Positions 10,381-21,885 of a stretch of DNA of 64,000 bases are shown here, in pieces. The first letter of the stretch is position 1, and the number at the start of each line of letters is the position of its first letter. The notes below the pieces were generated by a model, which saw nothing but the letters and a program-made list of their open reading frames with translations, was not told where the DNA came from and searched no databases. The position numbers and the translations under genes were made by a program. Source of the DNA: Candidatus Methanomethylicia archaeon (GTDB lineage Archaea > Thermoproteota > Methanomethylicia > Culexarchaeales > Culexarchaeaceae). The stretch is taken from NCBI GenBank assembly GCA_038727515.1, contig JAVYVS010000001.1, positions 224,001 to 288,000 of the forward strand, in the 5' to 3' direction.

Positions 10381-11706
10381 TTAATGTGAAGTTAACCTGT
10401 AGAATAGACGCTCATAAAAATCCACAGTCTTATATAGCGATGAAACTTCAAGATACTCATTGGGACCATGAATATTACCGCCCACAGGCCCAAAATCAAT
10501 ACATTTAACACCAATAGGAGCGAAAAACCTAGAATCAGAAGCTCCACAAGCTTCAACAACACCACTCTTAACACCTAAACCATCTAAAACATCCAATGCA
10601 AACCTTACAATATCTTCATTTTCATCAGTATATAGATAGCCAATTCCACCACTAAACTCACATTCAGCTCCAGGAACATTCCTCAATAAAGTTTCCCTTA
10701 ATGGATGGAGAAAACCTAGATCAGTAGTCATAGCTCTAATATCAAAATTCAAATAGTGAACTCCACCACTATACATATAGTAGTTGGGGGTTATGGAAAC
10801 ACCAAAATCACTATATAATTCAGGTTTCAAGGGAGTTCTAACAAGAGGGATAACTGCTCTTAAAAGCTTTGTTAAACCTTCATCAACAATAACCCTTTCT
10901 CCATGAACATCTGGATTAACAAGTTCAAGTTCCACCAATCCAGGTATAACATTAGACTTAGAGAAATCACCTTTAATCCCAATAACATATAGATTTGGAT
11001 TCAACCTAAGATAGTATGAAGCTGCAATTAGAGGGTGAAGATCAACACCAGGCATGAAATATGCTGCATGTCTAGTCTCATAAACTGGAGTTTCAACATT
11101 AAATCTCTTACTAAACCTTATCCCATTAATTTCACGTTTAACCTCTTTAACCCTAACCCTAAAACCAAAACCACATCTTCGACGAACAATAACAAGCATA
11201 CCATTACCATCACCATTAACAAGGTAATCAGGTTTTAAACCAGCCTCTAAAAGTTTATCTCTAATCATACCTGCACCATTCCTACCACCAATCTCTTCAT
11301 CTCCAGTAAAGGCAAAGATGAGAGTCCCCTTAAATCCCCTAGAAACAATACGTTCAATAGCGCAAATCATAGCAGCAACATTAGATTTATCATCAATAGA
11401 ACCTCTACCATAAGCAACATCACCAACTAAAGTTAGAGTAAATGGATTATACTTCCACTCAGAAATATTTACTGGAACAGTATCGAAATGAGCCATAAAC
11501 ATTATGATGGGTTTACCTTCACCTAAAACTCCAAAAACACTATAAAACCCATTCTTCTCTAGAATTTCAGCATTAACACCAATACCATGAAGAATCTCAC
11601 GAATCTTATTTGGAGCTTCAACACTAGGCTTTAAACCTTGCTCAGGACTATTCACAGTATTAATACTAACAAGGTCTAAAAGTATCTTTAAAGGATCTAG
11701 AACCAT
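10381..11706 (-). CDS. M20/M25/M40 family metallopeptidase (ArgE/DapE-like)
   Basis: AHFDTVP, YGRGSIDDK, DEEIGG, IHGPNE. Confidence 0.92.
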   Translation of the reverse strand: MVLDPLKILLDLVSINTVNSPEQGLKPSVEAPNKIREILHGIGVNAEILEKNGFYSVFGVLGEGKPIIMFMAHFDTVPVNISEWKYNPFTLTLVGDVAYGRGSIDDKSNVAAMICAIERIVSRGFKGTLIFAFTGDEEIGGRNGAGMIRDKLLEAGLKPDYLVNGDGNGMLVIVRRRCGFGFRVRVKEVKREINGIRFSKRFNVETPVYETRHAAYFMPGVDLHPLIAASYYLRLNPNLYVIGIKGDFSKSNVIPGLVELELVNPDVHGERVIVDEGLTKLLRAVIPLVRTPLKPELYSDFGVSITPNYYMYSGGVHYLNFDIRAMTTDLGFLHPLRETLLRNVPGAECEFSGGIGYLYTDENEDIVRFALDVLDGLGVKSGVVEACGASDSRFFAPIGVKCIDFGPVGGNIHGPNEYLEVSSLYKTVDFYERLFYRLTSH

Positions 11707-11792
11707 AAGGGGTTCACGATAAACATAACGTTAAAAAAGTATTTATACCTTTCAATACGTAAACGTTAAATCACCATAATCCAACATAAATA

Positions 11793-12350
11793 GTGATGAA
11801 TGGAAATACCCATAGAAAACCAAAACTAGAGAAGGAAGAAATCATATATAGGGGGAGAAGAGTAACATTAACAAAAAGATTCTATACCTTTAACAATGAA
11901 GAATTCATAAGGGAAATAGTGGTATTCGGTCAATCTGTAGCTATACTACCATTCAAAGATATGGATCAAGTGATATTAATAGAGCAATTCAGACCATCAC
12001 AAAATAAATGGATACTTGAAGTACCAGCAGGAGTAATAGAGGAAAATGAAAAACCTGAAGAAACAGCTGAAAGAGAACTTATTGAAGAAATAGGATATAA
12101 ACCTAACAAGCTGGTGAAAATGGCCTCCATATATATGTCACCGGGGTATAGTGATGAAATACTACATATATACATAGCATTAGATTTAACACGCATAGGA
12201 GAAAAACCGGAGAAGGGAGAGTTAATAAGAATTGTAACCATGAATTTCAATGAAGCTTTAAAGAAAATATTGAAGGAAGAAATTGTAGATGCAAAAACAT
12301 TATTAGCCTTCCTCTTAGCAAAAAGATACATTAAAGAGGGCTATAGCTAG
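11793..12350 (+). CDS. NUDIX hydrolase (ADP-ribose pyrophosphatase-like)
   Basis: Nudix box GVIEENEKPEETAERELIEEIGY; SPGYSDE. Confidence 0.93.
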   Translation: MMNGNTHRKPKLEKEEIIYRGRRVTLTKRFYTFNNEEFIREIVVFGQSVAILPFKDMDQVILIEQFRPSQNKWILEVPAGVIEENEKPEETAERELIEEIGYKPNKLVKMASIYMSPGYSDEILHIYIALDLTRIGEKPEKGELIRIVTMNFNEALKKILKEEIVDAKTLLAFLLAKRYIKEGYS

Positions 12351-13117
12351 AATACCTTCTCCCTAAATAATTCACTTAACATTAAATACTTCTCAAGCAA
12401 CATAACCCTACTAGAAAGCTTCTCCCTTAAATCTGGAAGTTCATCGCCAGTATAAATCTTATCCACAAGTATTGCTGGTCTAATAGTTAAAGCTTTAACT
12501 ACACTCTTATAATCTTCTATGGGTTCAACTTCTTCATAAACCTCTGGAAATCCACTTAAAACCTCAATTTTGATTTTACCAGTTAAAGTAGATAGAAAGA
12601 AGTCTACTTCAGCTTCTAGAAAATCCATTAAAGCTTCTTCATCTTTAAAACATCTTAAAGCCATTTCCAAAGCCTTCTCTAAATCAATAAATATATCATA
12701 GTATAATTGAGCATTCTCCTTCTTAGGATTCCAAATAATCTTAGGCTTCCAATCCAATCCATGATAACATTGATGTAGAAAACATAGGTATTCATGGTAT
12801 AAAATACCCTTTAACCTCTTTAAATCATAAGTTAATATCTTTGGAGCATATAATTGTATAGTTGGAATTAAAACACCAATGGATTTATCAAGTTTATAAA
12901 CAAAACCAGAAGAATAAATAAGTTTTAAACCTCCTGAAAACCTTCTAGTCATAAGTGCTTTATGAACTTCTAAATCTGCAATCCAAGGTAGATCAGTTTC
13001 AACTTCAAATCCACTGGTAATGTTTGGGAGAATATCCATAACAAGCTTACTTATATCTTCATCATAAATTTTAGTTGCACCTTCATAATCAATAACATTA
13101 ATCCTCATATAAATCAA
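12347..13117 (-). CDS. Hypothetical protein with a zincin-like HExxC segment
   Basis: Long ORF with host-like codon usage; GILYHEYLCFLH. Confidence 0.6.
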   Translation of the reverse strand: MIYMRINVIDYEGATKIYDEDISKLVMDILPNITSGFEVETDLPWIADLEVHKALMTRRFSGGLKLIYSSGFVYKLDKSIGVLIPTIQLYAPKILTYDLKRLKGILYHEYLCFLHQCYHGLDWKPKIIWNPKKENAQLYYDIFIDLEKALEMALRCFKDEEALMDFLEAEVDFFLSTLTGKIKIEVLSGFPEVYEEVEPIEDYKSVVKALTIRPAILVDKIYTGDELPDLREKLSSRVMLLEKYLMLSELFREKVF

Positions 13118-13198
13118 AAAGATATATGTTAAACATAGAGATAACCATTTCCAAAAACATAAACAATTAACTATATATATTAAAACGATATATTTCCA

Positions 13199-14374
13199 AT
13201 GATGGTTATGGATGTATCTAAGTATGCTAGGAGAGAACTTTTACAATTAGGTGAAAGACCAGCAACTAGAGCTCCTCTACCAAAAATGGAAAACATAATA
13301 AATCTAGGTGCTGGAGACCCAGATTTTAATCAACCTAGAATCGTAATGGAGAAAATTGTGGAAGCAATGGAAAAGGGATATACACATTACATGTTTGAAG
13401 GACTACCAGAATTCAAAAGAGCAGTTGCAGAATACTATTCAAAATATGGGGTAAAGATAGATCCAGATACCCAGGTTATACCAACATCAGGTGGAGGACC
13501 AGCAATATTCCATATACTTGCAGCATTAATAAATCCAGGGGATGAAGTAATAATATTTGATCCAGCATATCAAGGATATCTAAACCCAATAAGATACTTT
13601 GGTGGAGTAATAGTTAGAGCAAAAATGAAGAAAGATGAAAAAGGATATTTTAGACCAGACATAGAAAACTTGAAAAACGTAATAACAGAGAAAACAAAGC
13701 TTCTAATAATATGTAATCCAGATAATCCCACTGGATGCGTATTCAATGAAGAAGAATTAAATAGAATAGCAGAATTATCCAAGAAACATGACTTCCTAAT
13801 ACTATCAGATGAAATATACAATGAGTTTATATGGGGTGATAGAAATCATATAGCCATAATGGGTTTAGAGGGGATGATGGAGAGAACAATAGTGGCTATG
13901 AGCTTCTCAAAAATGTTTGCTTGGACTGGATGTAGATTAGGATATATAATAGCTTCACCGGAAATGGCGAATCTAATATCAAGAGTCCCATTGGGAATAT
14001 CTCCAGCACCAGTACCATTCCAATATGCGGGAGCATACCTATTAAGGGAGGGATGGGAATTCAATAAGATGATGAGAAGAGAATATGAGAAGAGGATAGA
14101 TTACTGTGTAAAGAGGTTAAATGAAATCCCTGGAATAAGATGCGTATATCCAGAAGCAACCTTCTACCTATTCCCAGAAATATCAGAAACAAAACTAAAT
14201 TCAGTAGAATATGCAAAGAGATTAATGGCAGAAGAAGGAGTAAGAGTAGTGGCAGGTTCAACCTTTGGATCTATGGGTGAAGGACATGTAAGATTAGCTC
14301 TAGTAGTACCCATGGAGAAACTTGTGGAAGCAATGGATAGAATAGAGAAATTCCATAAGAAGATAATGAAGTAA
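13199..14374 (+). CDS. PLP-dependent aminotransferase class I/II
   Basis: CNPDNPTG, SDEIY, SFSKMFAWTGCRLGY (PLP lysine). Confidence 0.95.
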   Translation: MMVMDVSKYARRELLQLGERPATRAPLPKMENIINLGAGDPDFNQPRIVMEKIVEAMEKGYTHYMFEGLPEFKRAVAEYYSKYGVKIDPDTQVIPTSGGGPAIFHILAALINPGDEVIIFDPAYQGYLNPIRYFGGVIVRAKMKKDEKGYFRPDIENLKNVITEKTKLLIICNPDNPTGCVFNEEELNRIAELSKKHDFLILSDEIYNEFIWGDRNHIAIMGLEGMMERTIVAMSFSKMFAWTGCRLGYIIASPEMANLISRVPLGISPAPVPFQYAGAYLLREGWEFNKMMRREYEKRIDYCVKRLNEIPGIRCVYPEATFYLFPEISETKLNSVEYAKRLMAEEGVRVVAGSTFGSMGEGHVRLALVVPMEKLVEAMDRIEKFHKKIMK

Positions 14375-14525
14375 CAAATTAAACTTTAAAGATAAATTTT
14401 TACATAAACAATTTCATAAGTAAAGGGGGATTGTTATTTAACAATATGATAATTATGAAATGTATAAATGGAGATAGATGAAAATCTTAAATAAAATTTT
14501 TACATTATTGAAGGTATAGAACATT

Positions 14526-14810
14526 ATGAGCAATATGAGTGGAAGAAGCTTCGAAGTAGCGGTGATAGTTAATAGATGTAAGGGATGTAGAATATGTATA
14601 TCCATGTGTCCAAAGAAGGTTTTAGAGCAATCAAATGATATAAACGATTTTGGATACAATTATGCATACCCAAAGAATATTGATGAATGCATTGGATGTA
14701 AATTTTGTGAAATCTACTGTCCAGATTTTGCAATATATGTAAAACCCTCAGATAAACCTAAAGCAACTTTAAATAGAGTTAAAAAGGCTACAAAGGTTGT
14801 TGAAGAGTGA
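14526..14810 (+). CDS. 2x[4Fe-4S] ferredoxin (2-oxoacid:ferredoxin oxidoreductase delta-like)
   Basis: CKGCRICISMCP and CIGCKFCEIYCPDFAI. Confidence 0.9.
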   Translation: MSNMSGRSFEVAVIVNRCKGCRICISMCPKKVLEQSNDINDFGYNYAYPKNIDECIGCKFCEIYCPDFAIYVKPSDKPKATLNRVKKATKVVEE

Positions 14811-15171
14811 AATAATAGCCTGAAGGATAATCCTTTGAAAACTCCAGTAAAACTTTAACTCCAATATCTAAATCACTAATCTTCGCATTCTTTAAAATCC
14901 CTGGAAGTCTAATACCACCCTCAAACTCCACTAAAACAACAATATATGAATTAAACTTTTCAAAACCCTTTAATGGAACATGAACTTCAGTATAACTAAC
15001 AATAACACCAACCCTCCCAATCTCCATCCAAACTAAATCTTTTGAATCACAATATGGACAAAACATTTTTGGAGGTAGGAAAATCCTTCCACAATTATTA
15101 CATTTAACAGCCATAAACCTATTATTCTCACAAAATCTCTTGAAACTCTCTAAAGTAAATTCTTCAACCAT
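14788..15171 (-). CDS. DUF35 Zn-ribbon/OB-fold thiolase partner protein
   Basis: CNNC...CPYC ribbon followed by an OB fold; overlaps the thiolase stop. Confidence 0.9.
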   Translation of the reverse strand: MVEEFTLESFKRFCENNRFMAVKCNNCGRIFLPPKMFCPYCDSKDLVWMEIGRVGVIVSYTEVHVPLKGFEKFNSYIVVLVEFEGGIRLPGILKNAKISDLDIGVKVLLEFSKDYPSGYYFTLQQPL

Positions 15172-16348
15172 AAAATTCACCCCCCACATATATGTGGACA
15201 ATGGCAGAGGCCCCTGAACCACCAACATTATGAGTTAAACCAATCTTAGCTTCATCAATCTGCCTTAAACCAGCTTTACCAGTTAATTGAAGAAAGATTT
15301 CACAAGCTTGAGCAACACCAGTAGCACCTACAGGGTGACCCTTAGCCTTTAAACCACCACTAGTATTAACTGGGATAGAACCATCCCTGAAAGTCTCACC
15401 ACGCTCAATAAGTTTACCACCCTCCCCAGGATTACAGAAACCAAGATCTTCATAAGCAATAATTTCAGCAATAGTAAAGCAATCATGGACTTCAGCTACA
15501 TCTACATCCATAGGAGATATACCAGCCATATCATAAGCTCTTCTAGCAGCAATCTTAGAAGCTTTTAAACTAGTTAAACTCTCCCTATTAATTAGACTTA
15601 TACTATCATGACCTTGACCAAAACCAATTATGTGTACAACATCATCAGAATACCTATACGCCAATTCAGGTTTCGTAAGAATTAGGCAAGCAGCACCATC
15701 AGATATAAGTGAACAATCATAAAGTTTTAAAGGCCAAGCAATAACCCTAGAACTTAAAACCTTATCTATAGTCACATTATCAACACCATACATATGGGCT
15801 TTAGGATTCAAATTAGCATTAGCATGATTCTTAACAGAGACTAAAGCCATCTGCTCTTGAGTAGTCCCATACTTCTTCATATGTGCAGTAGCCATTAAAG
15901 CGTATAATGCTGGAAAAGTTAATCCATTAATCTGCTCAAAGAAGTAATCTGAGGCTGTAGCTAAAATATCAGTTACATCTGAAGTGGGTAGATGAGTCAT
16001 CTTTTCAACTCCACCAACTAAAACAAAATCATAGAGACCAGAAGCTATAGCTATAACCCCCAATTTAAGGGCAACACCAGAAGATGCACATGCACATTCA
16101 ACTCTAAAACCATCAACTCCATTAAGTCCACACCACTCTAAATATATGGGTGCATTATGCTCTTGATGCTCAAACATACCACTCATCTGACCAATAAATG
16201 CAGCTTTAATCATATCCACAGAAAATTTTGGGATAGCATCTATACATTCCCTAAAAGCATCATAAAAAATCTCTCTAGCACTTTTACCAATAAGTTTACC
16301 AAACTTTGAAATACCAACAGATATAATAGAGGCTAAAGGCTTATTCAA
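15164..16348 (-). CDS. Thiolase (acetyl-CoA C-acyltransferase), archaeal/SCP-x type
   Basis: ECACASSG, EVHDCF, GHPVGATG, HNVGG. Confidence 0.95.
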   Translation of the reverse strand: MNKPLASIISVGISKFGKLIGKSAREIFYDAFRECIDAIPKFSVDMIKAAFIGQMSGMFEHQEHNAPIYLEWCGLNGVDGFRVECACASSGVALKLGVIAIASGLYDFVLVGGVEKMTHLPTSDVTDILATASDYFFEQINGLTFPALYALMATAHMKKYGTTQEQMALVSVKNHANANLNPKAHMYGVDNVTIDKVLSSRVIAWPLKLYDCSLISDGAACLILTKPELAYRYSDDVVHIIGFGQGHDSISLINRESLTSLKASKIAARRAYDMAGISPMDVDVAEVHDCFTIAEIIAYEDLGFCNPGEGGKLIERGETFRDGSIPVNTSGGLKAKGHPVGATGVAQACEIFLQLTGKAGLRQIDEAKIGLTHNVGGSGASAIVHIYVGGEFYG

Positions 16349-16466
16349 AGATACTCCACCACAAATAATAAGTTATAATTCAACTTATAACCTTATTACA
16401 CACCCCCTTGAAATCTATGTTTCAATTATAAGATTTATCTAACCCTTAAATTAAATTAGTAAGTAG

Positions 16467-17390
16467 ATGTATATGGGCGTAAATAGAATCTTGAGCATAA
16501 CCCTAATAATAAGTTTAACCATAAATCTAGCTTTAACATCAATAATAATAGCTTTAAACATTAGGAGCAACCAACTTGAATCAATAATAGAAGAACTATC
16601 AATAGAAGTCTCAAAGAGCAATAGTATAATGGGAGAATTACAAGCACAATTAAACTATACAAAACAACAACTGGAATACTATCGTATGCAATTAGAATAC
16701 TATACAAAACTATACCAAAACAAAACTGGAATTCCACTCATTGGGAAATCAGAGGTAAATATTGTTGCAGTAAGAGTTATACAAGAAGACTTTTTCACAA
16801 CTTCATATGAAGGGGTAGTAATGAAAGCTGAAGTAGAATTAACACCTGGAGATGGCAAAATACTTGTAAATACAAAACCAAATATTGGAATAGACCTACA
16901 AGCAAGTGTTAGAATAGCGGCAGCTGTAGCCGAAAAATATACTGGAGTAAGTCTTGGAAGCACAAATGTAATCATATCAGTAATTGCAAATGAAGAAGTT
17001 GAAGTTGTAGATGGACCAAGTGCAGGTGCAGCCATAACAATAGCCATCATCTCAGCAATAACCAAACAATCAGTAAACAACACCATATACATAACTGGAA
17101 CAATAAATAGTGATGGAAGTATAGGACAAGTTGGGGGAATAATAGAGAAAGCTATAGCTTCAGCAAGAAATGGCTGTAAAATATTCCTAGTTCCAAAAGG
17201 TCAAGCACAAACACAAATACTAATACCAGTAGAAAAGGAGATTGGAAGAGGGATTAAGATCATAACATACCAATACAAAACTATAAACGTAGAACAATAC
17301 CTTAAAAGTATAGGATACCATTTGAAGATTATTGAAGTAAGCAACATAATTGAAGCATTAAATTATACATTGATTAAAGGTACATGGTGA
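16467..17390 (+). CDS. Membrane-anchored S16 (Lon C-terminal-like) serine protease
   Basis: N-terminal TM and coiled coil; DGPSAG serine, VGGIIEK lysine; no AAA domain. Confidence 0.88.
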   Translation: MYMGVNRILSITLIISLTINLALTSIIIALNIRSNQLESIIEELSIEVSKSNSIMGELQAQLNYTKQQLEYYRMQLEYYTKLYQNKTGIPLIGKSEVNIVAVRVIQEDFFTTSYEGVVMKAEVELTPGDGKILVNTKPNIGIDLQASVRIAAAVAEKYTGVSLGSTNVIISVIANEEVEVVDGPSAGAAITIAIISAITKQSVNNTIYITGTINSDGSIGQVGGIIEKAIASARNGCKIFLVPKGQAQTQILIPVEKEIGRGIKIITYQYKTINVEQYLKSIGYHLKIIEVSNIIEALNYTLIKGTW

Positions 17391-18187
17391 TTAAAATGGA
17401 TTTAAATGAAACATTAATTGAAATAGCCAAGAGAATCCAGATTAAAGCTTCAGAGAAATTGAAGCATAAACCAATAAGTGAAGAGGAAGGAGCGAAAATA
17501 GATGTTGAATTAGAAGAGGAAATAATAAGATTCTTGAGGGAAAGATATAGTTATTTCACATTTATAGGTGAAGAAACTGGGAAACATGTTTATGGAAGTG
17601 GAAAACCAATATTTATAGTAGACCCCTTAGATGGAAGCTTAAATGCTTATAGGGGATATCCCATATACTCCACATCGATAGCGGTAGCAGAAGAAAACAA
17701 TTTCAGAAGTATAATTGGTGGAATAGTAATGAATCTAGTTACTGGAGATACATTCATAGGGTTAAAGGGGTTTGGTGTAAAATTAAATGGGAGGAGAGTA
17801 ACCCCAAGTAAAGTGAAAAATTTAAGTGAAGCATTAATTGCTGTAGACATGAATATTAGGGGGAAATATCTACAACACTTAAAACTTGTAACACCATTAA
17901 TAAGTGAAGCAAAACATGTAAGATTCATAGGGACAGATGCTCTAGAAACATGTTTTGTAGCAGCTGGAATCTGCGATGCCTTCATAGATTTGAGGGGAGT
18001 ATTAAGATTAACAGATTTTGCTGCAGCATGCTTCATGGTTAAAGAAGCTGGAGGAATAGTAATCAATGAATATGGATCAACATTAGACTTTGAATTCAAT
18101 GATAACATTAGATCAAAATATATTGCAGCAGCAAACATGGAATTAGCAAAAGAAATAATTAATAGAATTAAAAGCGTTATTGAATGA
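17384..18187 (+). CDS. suhB: Inositol monophosphatase / FBPase family
   Basis: GEE, VDPLDGSLN, DFAAA...EAGG. Confidence 0.9.
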   Translation: MVIKMDLNETLIEIAKRIQIKASEKLKHKPISEEEGAKIDVELEEEIIRFLRERYSYFTFIGEETGKHVYGSGKPIFIVDPLDGSLNAYRGYPIYSTSIAVAEENNFRSIIGGIVMNLVTGDTFIGLKGFGVKLNGRRVTPSKVKNLSEALIAVDMNIRGKYLQHLKLVTPLISEAKHVRFIGTDALETCFVAAGICDAFIDLRGVLRLTDFAAACFMVKEAGGIVINEYGSTLDFEFNDNIRSKYIAAANMELAKEIINRIKSVIE

Positions 18188-18851
18188 GTTCACAAATAGC
18201 TCTAGCTAAAGCAGTTCTAGCAGTTAAAATCATAAAGTTTCCACAACTCTTTAAAACATCTCTTTGAGCAAGATTATAACCAATACAATCCATAATTATC
18301 ATTTTAACGTTATCACCCCTTAATTTCCCACCAATAATTCTAAAATCATTTAAACTTGCAGTATATGGGGATATGGCATAAACCTTTAAATCTTCAAATA
18401 ATCCACTCCACTTCAATTTTGCATACTCCAATTGTTCCATAGCTGGAATTAAAACCGCCACGGAACCACTATAGGATAAGCCAGAGGCAAACCCCTTCAA
18501 AATCTTCTCAGGGTAAACTATGGGTATAGAAGCTTTATAACGTGGAAATTCACCAGAACATAAAATTCCAATAACATCAACATTGGAAGCCTCCAACTTC
18601 TTTACACATTCACCCACTAAAGGTAGAATCTTCTCTTTAGAAATCTTAACTTCAAAACCATCCCTCATCCTAGTAACATAAACTGTTTCTCCAGCCTCCG
18701 GCTTAAATTTAACTTCAACTTCACTTTTACTTAAACCATCAAGAGCACCTACTTCTAAAACATCTATATTACTTGGTAAAAACTTCAAGATATCACTTGT
18801 AACATCAATTCTAGGAGATTGCCCAATAGTTATAAAACCAATCCTAACCAT
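18177..18851 (-). CDS. AroM family protein
   Basis: ITIGQSPRID, GALDGL, MDCIGY; start at MVRIG (18851). Confidence 0.88.
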   Translation of the reverse strand: MVRIGFITIGQSPRIDVTSDILKFLPSNIDVLEVGALDGLSKSEVEVKFKPEAGETVYVTRMRDGFEVKISKEKILPLVGECVKKLEASNVDVIGILCSGEFPRYKASIPIVYPEKILKGFASGLSYSGSVAVLIPAMEQLEYAKLKWSGLFEDLKVYAISPYTASLNDFRIIGGKLRGDNVKMIIMDCIGYNLAQRDVLKSCGNFMILTARTALARAICELIQ

Positions 18852-18942
18852 AAATAACACCAATAAAACATTGATAGACAAGAATAAATATCTTGTATAA
18901 CAGAAATAATTAAGAATACATGAATGATTTGGTGATAAACTA

Positions 18943-21762
18943 ATGGGTAAAGCATGGCATTCAATGGAAATCAATGAAATCCTAAGGGAATTAAACACAA
19001 ATTTAAATGGATTAACACATGAAGAAGCTAAGAAGAGATTGGAGAAATATGGTTATAATGAAATTAAAACTGTTAAACGTAGAACACCACTACAAATGTT
19101 TCTAGATGAATTTAAGGATATATTCATATTATTGTTAATTGCTGCATCCATATTTTCAGCAGTAATCGGATACTGGGAATTAATCCATGGTGGAGAATTC
19201 ATGGAATCTTTTGCAGATGTTATAACGATAATGGCCATAGTAATGTTATGCGCTATAACAGGATTTATACAGGAATATAGAGCGGAAAAAGCTGTTGAAG
19301 CCCTGAGAAAAATGGCAGCTCCAAAAGCAAGAGTAATACGTAATGGAATTGAAGAAGTCATACCTGCAAGAGAACTAGTCCCGGGAGACATAATATTATT
19401 GGAAGAAGGTGATAGAATACCGGCAGATGCACGATTAATAGAAGCCATAGAGTTAAGGACAAATGAAGCAATATTAACTGGAGAATCCACATCAGTAATA
19501 AAGGAGGTAACAACCCTAAGGGAGGATACACATATAGGTGAAAGGAGAAACATGGTTTTCTCAGCAACACACACAGTACATGGAAGAGGAAAAGCAATAG
19601 TTGTAGCCACTGGAATGAACACAGAATTCGGGAAAATAGCGGAAATGGTTCAAACACTAGAGGAAGAAGAAACACCACTACAAAGAAAACTAAACATTTT
19701 CGCATCAAAAATAGCGAAAATAGTAATTGCAGTATGTGCATTAATCTTCGTACTTGAAGCCTTTGAAGTATTTATGCAAAAAACCTTTGAAATTGAAGGA
19801 TTTATACAAGCATTCATGTCTTCAATAGCTTTAGCAATATCAGCAGTACCAGAGGGGCTACCAGCAATAGTAACAATAGCCCTAGCACTAGGAGCAAGAG
19901 AACTAGCAAAAAGAAATGCCATCATAAGAAAGCTATCAGCAGCAGAAAGCCTAGGATCAGTAACAGTAATATGCTCAGATAAAACTGGAACTATAACAAA
20001 AGGGGAAATGACGGTAAGGAGAATATATGTGGATGGAAGGTTAACAGAGGTAACTGGAGTGGGATATGAACCAAAGGGAGAATTCAAAATTGGGAATGAA
20101 ACCCTAAATCCAGAGGGAAACTTAAAACTTCTACTTCAAATAGGAGCATTATGCAATAATGCTAAACTAAGAAGAAATGAAAACAATAATTCATGGGAAA
20201 TCTTTGGAGACCCCACGGAAGGAGCATTAATAGTAGCAGCAGAAAAAGCTGGAATTAAAAGAGAAGAATTAGAGAAAAATTATCCGCGAATAGGAGAAAT
20301 ACCATTCTCCTCAGAGAGAAAACGTATGACAACAATACATAAAACACCTGAAGGAGAAATACATGCATACATGAAGGGAGCTCCAGAAATAGTCTTAGGT
20401 AAATGTAGTAAAATAATAGAAAATGGAATAGAAATACCATTAACAGAAGAACATAGAAAGAAAATATTAAAATTGAATGAAGAAATGGCTTCAAATGCTT
20501 TAAGAATATTGGCAATGGCATACAGGAAGCTACCACCAACAATAATGGAATACAATGAAAATATAGAATCAGAAATGATCTTCGTAGGATTAGAGGGAAT
20601 GATAGATCCACCGAGAGAAGAAGCCATAGAAGCAAATAAATTATGTCAAAAAGCAGGAATAAAAACAATAATGATAACTGGAGACCATAAACTCACAGCC
20701 ATAGCCGTAGCAAAAGAAGTTGGAATATTTAAAGAGGGAGATATAGCGGTAACAGGGGAAGAACTAGACAAAATGAGCGATGAAGAATTTGAGAAAATAG
20801 TGGAGAAAATCACGGTCTACGCAAGAGTTTCACCAGCACATAAACTAAGAATAGTAAAAGCATTAAAGAAGAGGGGGCATATAGTGGCTATGACTGGAGA
20901 TGGAGTAAACGATGCACCAGCAGTAAAAGCTGCAGATGTTGGAATAGCCATGGGAATAACTGGAACAGACGTAACAAAGGAGTCAGCAGACATCATACTA
21001 GCAGATGACAATTTTGCAACAATAGTTAGAGCAGTAGAATATGGAAGAGTAATATACGACAACATAAGAAAATATGCAAGATTCCTATTAGCATGCAACT
21101 TCGACGAACTACTAGTTATAGGATCCTTCGCAATTCTAGGTGGATTATTCGGTGCAGAATACTTCCCACTACCACTCTTACCAGCAATGATACTATGGAT
21201 AAACCTAGTAACAGATGGAGCGCCAGCAGTAGCATTAGCCACAGACCCCCCAGACATAGACGTAATGAATAGACCACCAAGAAAACCAGAGGAAGGAATA
21301 CTACATGGCATGCTAGCATTCATAATAGCATCATTCATACTCCAAGCCACAGGAACAATACTAGTCTTCTGCCTAGAATACTATGTTTGGCCAACATATC
21401 CATGGAACTTCCCATGGGGAATAGATGAAGAAGCAAGACAATTAACATATAGAGAAGCAACAACAGCAGCCTTCGTACAAGCTGCATTATTCGAACTCTT
21501 CGTAGTCTGGAATTGTAGATCTGAAAAACAAAGTGTATGGAAAATGGGTAGAAAAGCTCTACAAAACAAATTCTTCGTAATATCAGTCATAGCTTCAACA
21601 ATCATAACATTAGCAATAACATACATACCAATAACACAACAATTATTCCATCTATCCCCACTAAACCTAAAAGACTTAACATATATAATGGCAGTATCAA
21701 GCTGGGGTCTATTCGTACTACCGGAAATATTCATGAACAAGAAGATACTAAAATGGCACTAA
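18943..21762 (+). CDS. P-type cation-transporting ATPase (P2A, Ca2+-type)
   Basis: TGES, PEGL, DKTGT, KGAPE, GDGVND, WINLVTDG. Confidence 0.95.
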   Translation: MGKAWHSMEINEILRELNTNLNGLTHEEAKKRLEKYGYNEIKTVKRRTPLQMFLDEFKDIFILLLIAASIFSAVIGYWELIHGGEFMESFADVITIMAIVMLCAITGFIQEYRAEKAVEALRKMAAPKARVIRNGIEEVIPARELVPGDIILLEEGDRIPADARLIEAIELRTNEAILTGESTSVIKEVTTLREDTHIGERRNMVFSATHTVHGRGKAIVVATGMNTEFGKIAEMVQTLEEEETPLQRKLNIFASKIAKIVIAVCALIFVLEAFEVFMQKTFEIEGFIQAFMSSIALAISAVPEGLPAIVTIALALGARELAKRNAIIRKLSAAESLGSVTVICSDKTGTITKGEMTVRRIYVDGRLTEVTGVGYEPKGEFKIGNETLNPEGNLKLLLQIGALCNNAKLRRNENNNSWEIFGDPTEGALIVAAEKAGIKREELEKNYPRIGEIPFSSERKRMTTIHKTPEGEIHAYMKGAPEIVLGKCSKIIENGIEIPLTEEHRKKILKLNEEMASNALRILAMAYRKLPPTIMEYNENIESEMIFVGLEGMIDPPREEAIEANKLCQKAGIKTIMITGDHKLTAIAVAKEVGIFKEGDIAVTGEELDKMSDEEFEKIVEKITVYARVSPAHKLRIVKALKKRGHIVAMTGDGVNDAPAVKAADVGIAMGITGTDVTKESADIILADDNFATIVRAVEYGRVIYDNIRKYARFLLACNFDELLVIGSFAILGGLFGAEYFPLPLLPAMILWINLVTDGAPAVALATDPPDIDVMNRPPRKPEEGILHGMLAFIIASFILQATGTILVFCLEYYVWPTYPWNFPWGIDEEARQLTYREATTAAFVQAALFELFVVWNCRSEKQSVWKMGRKALQNKFFVISVIASTIITLAITYIPITQQLFHLSPLNLKDLTYIMAVSSWGLFVLPEIFMNKKILKWH

Positions 21763-21885
21763 AAACTAAATTCTTATTTCTAGTTATTAGAACAATTACA
21801 ATTGTGAACTTTAAACACAAATATAAGAGGCTTTGTGTTTAAATATAATAACTTTTGAATTTTTCATAATCTTTTTTGTTTAAGT

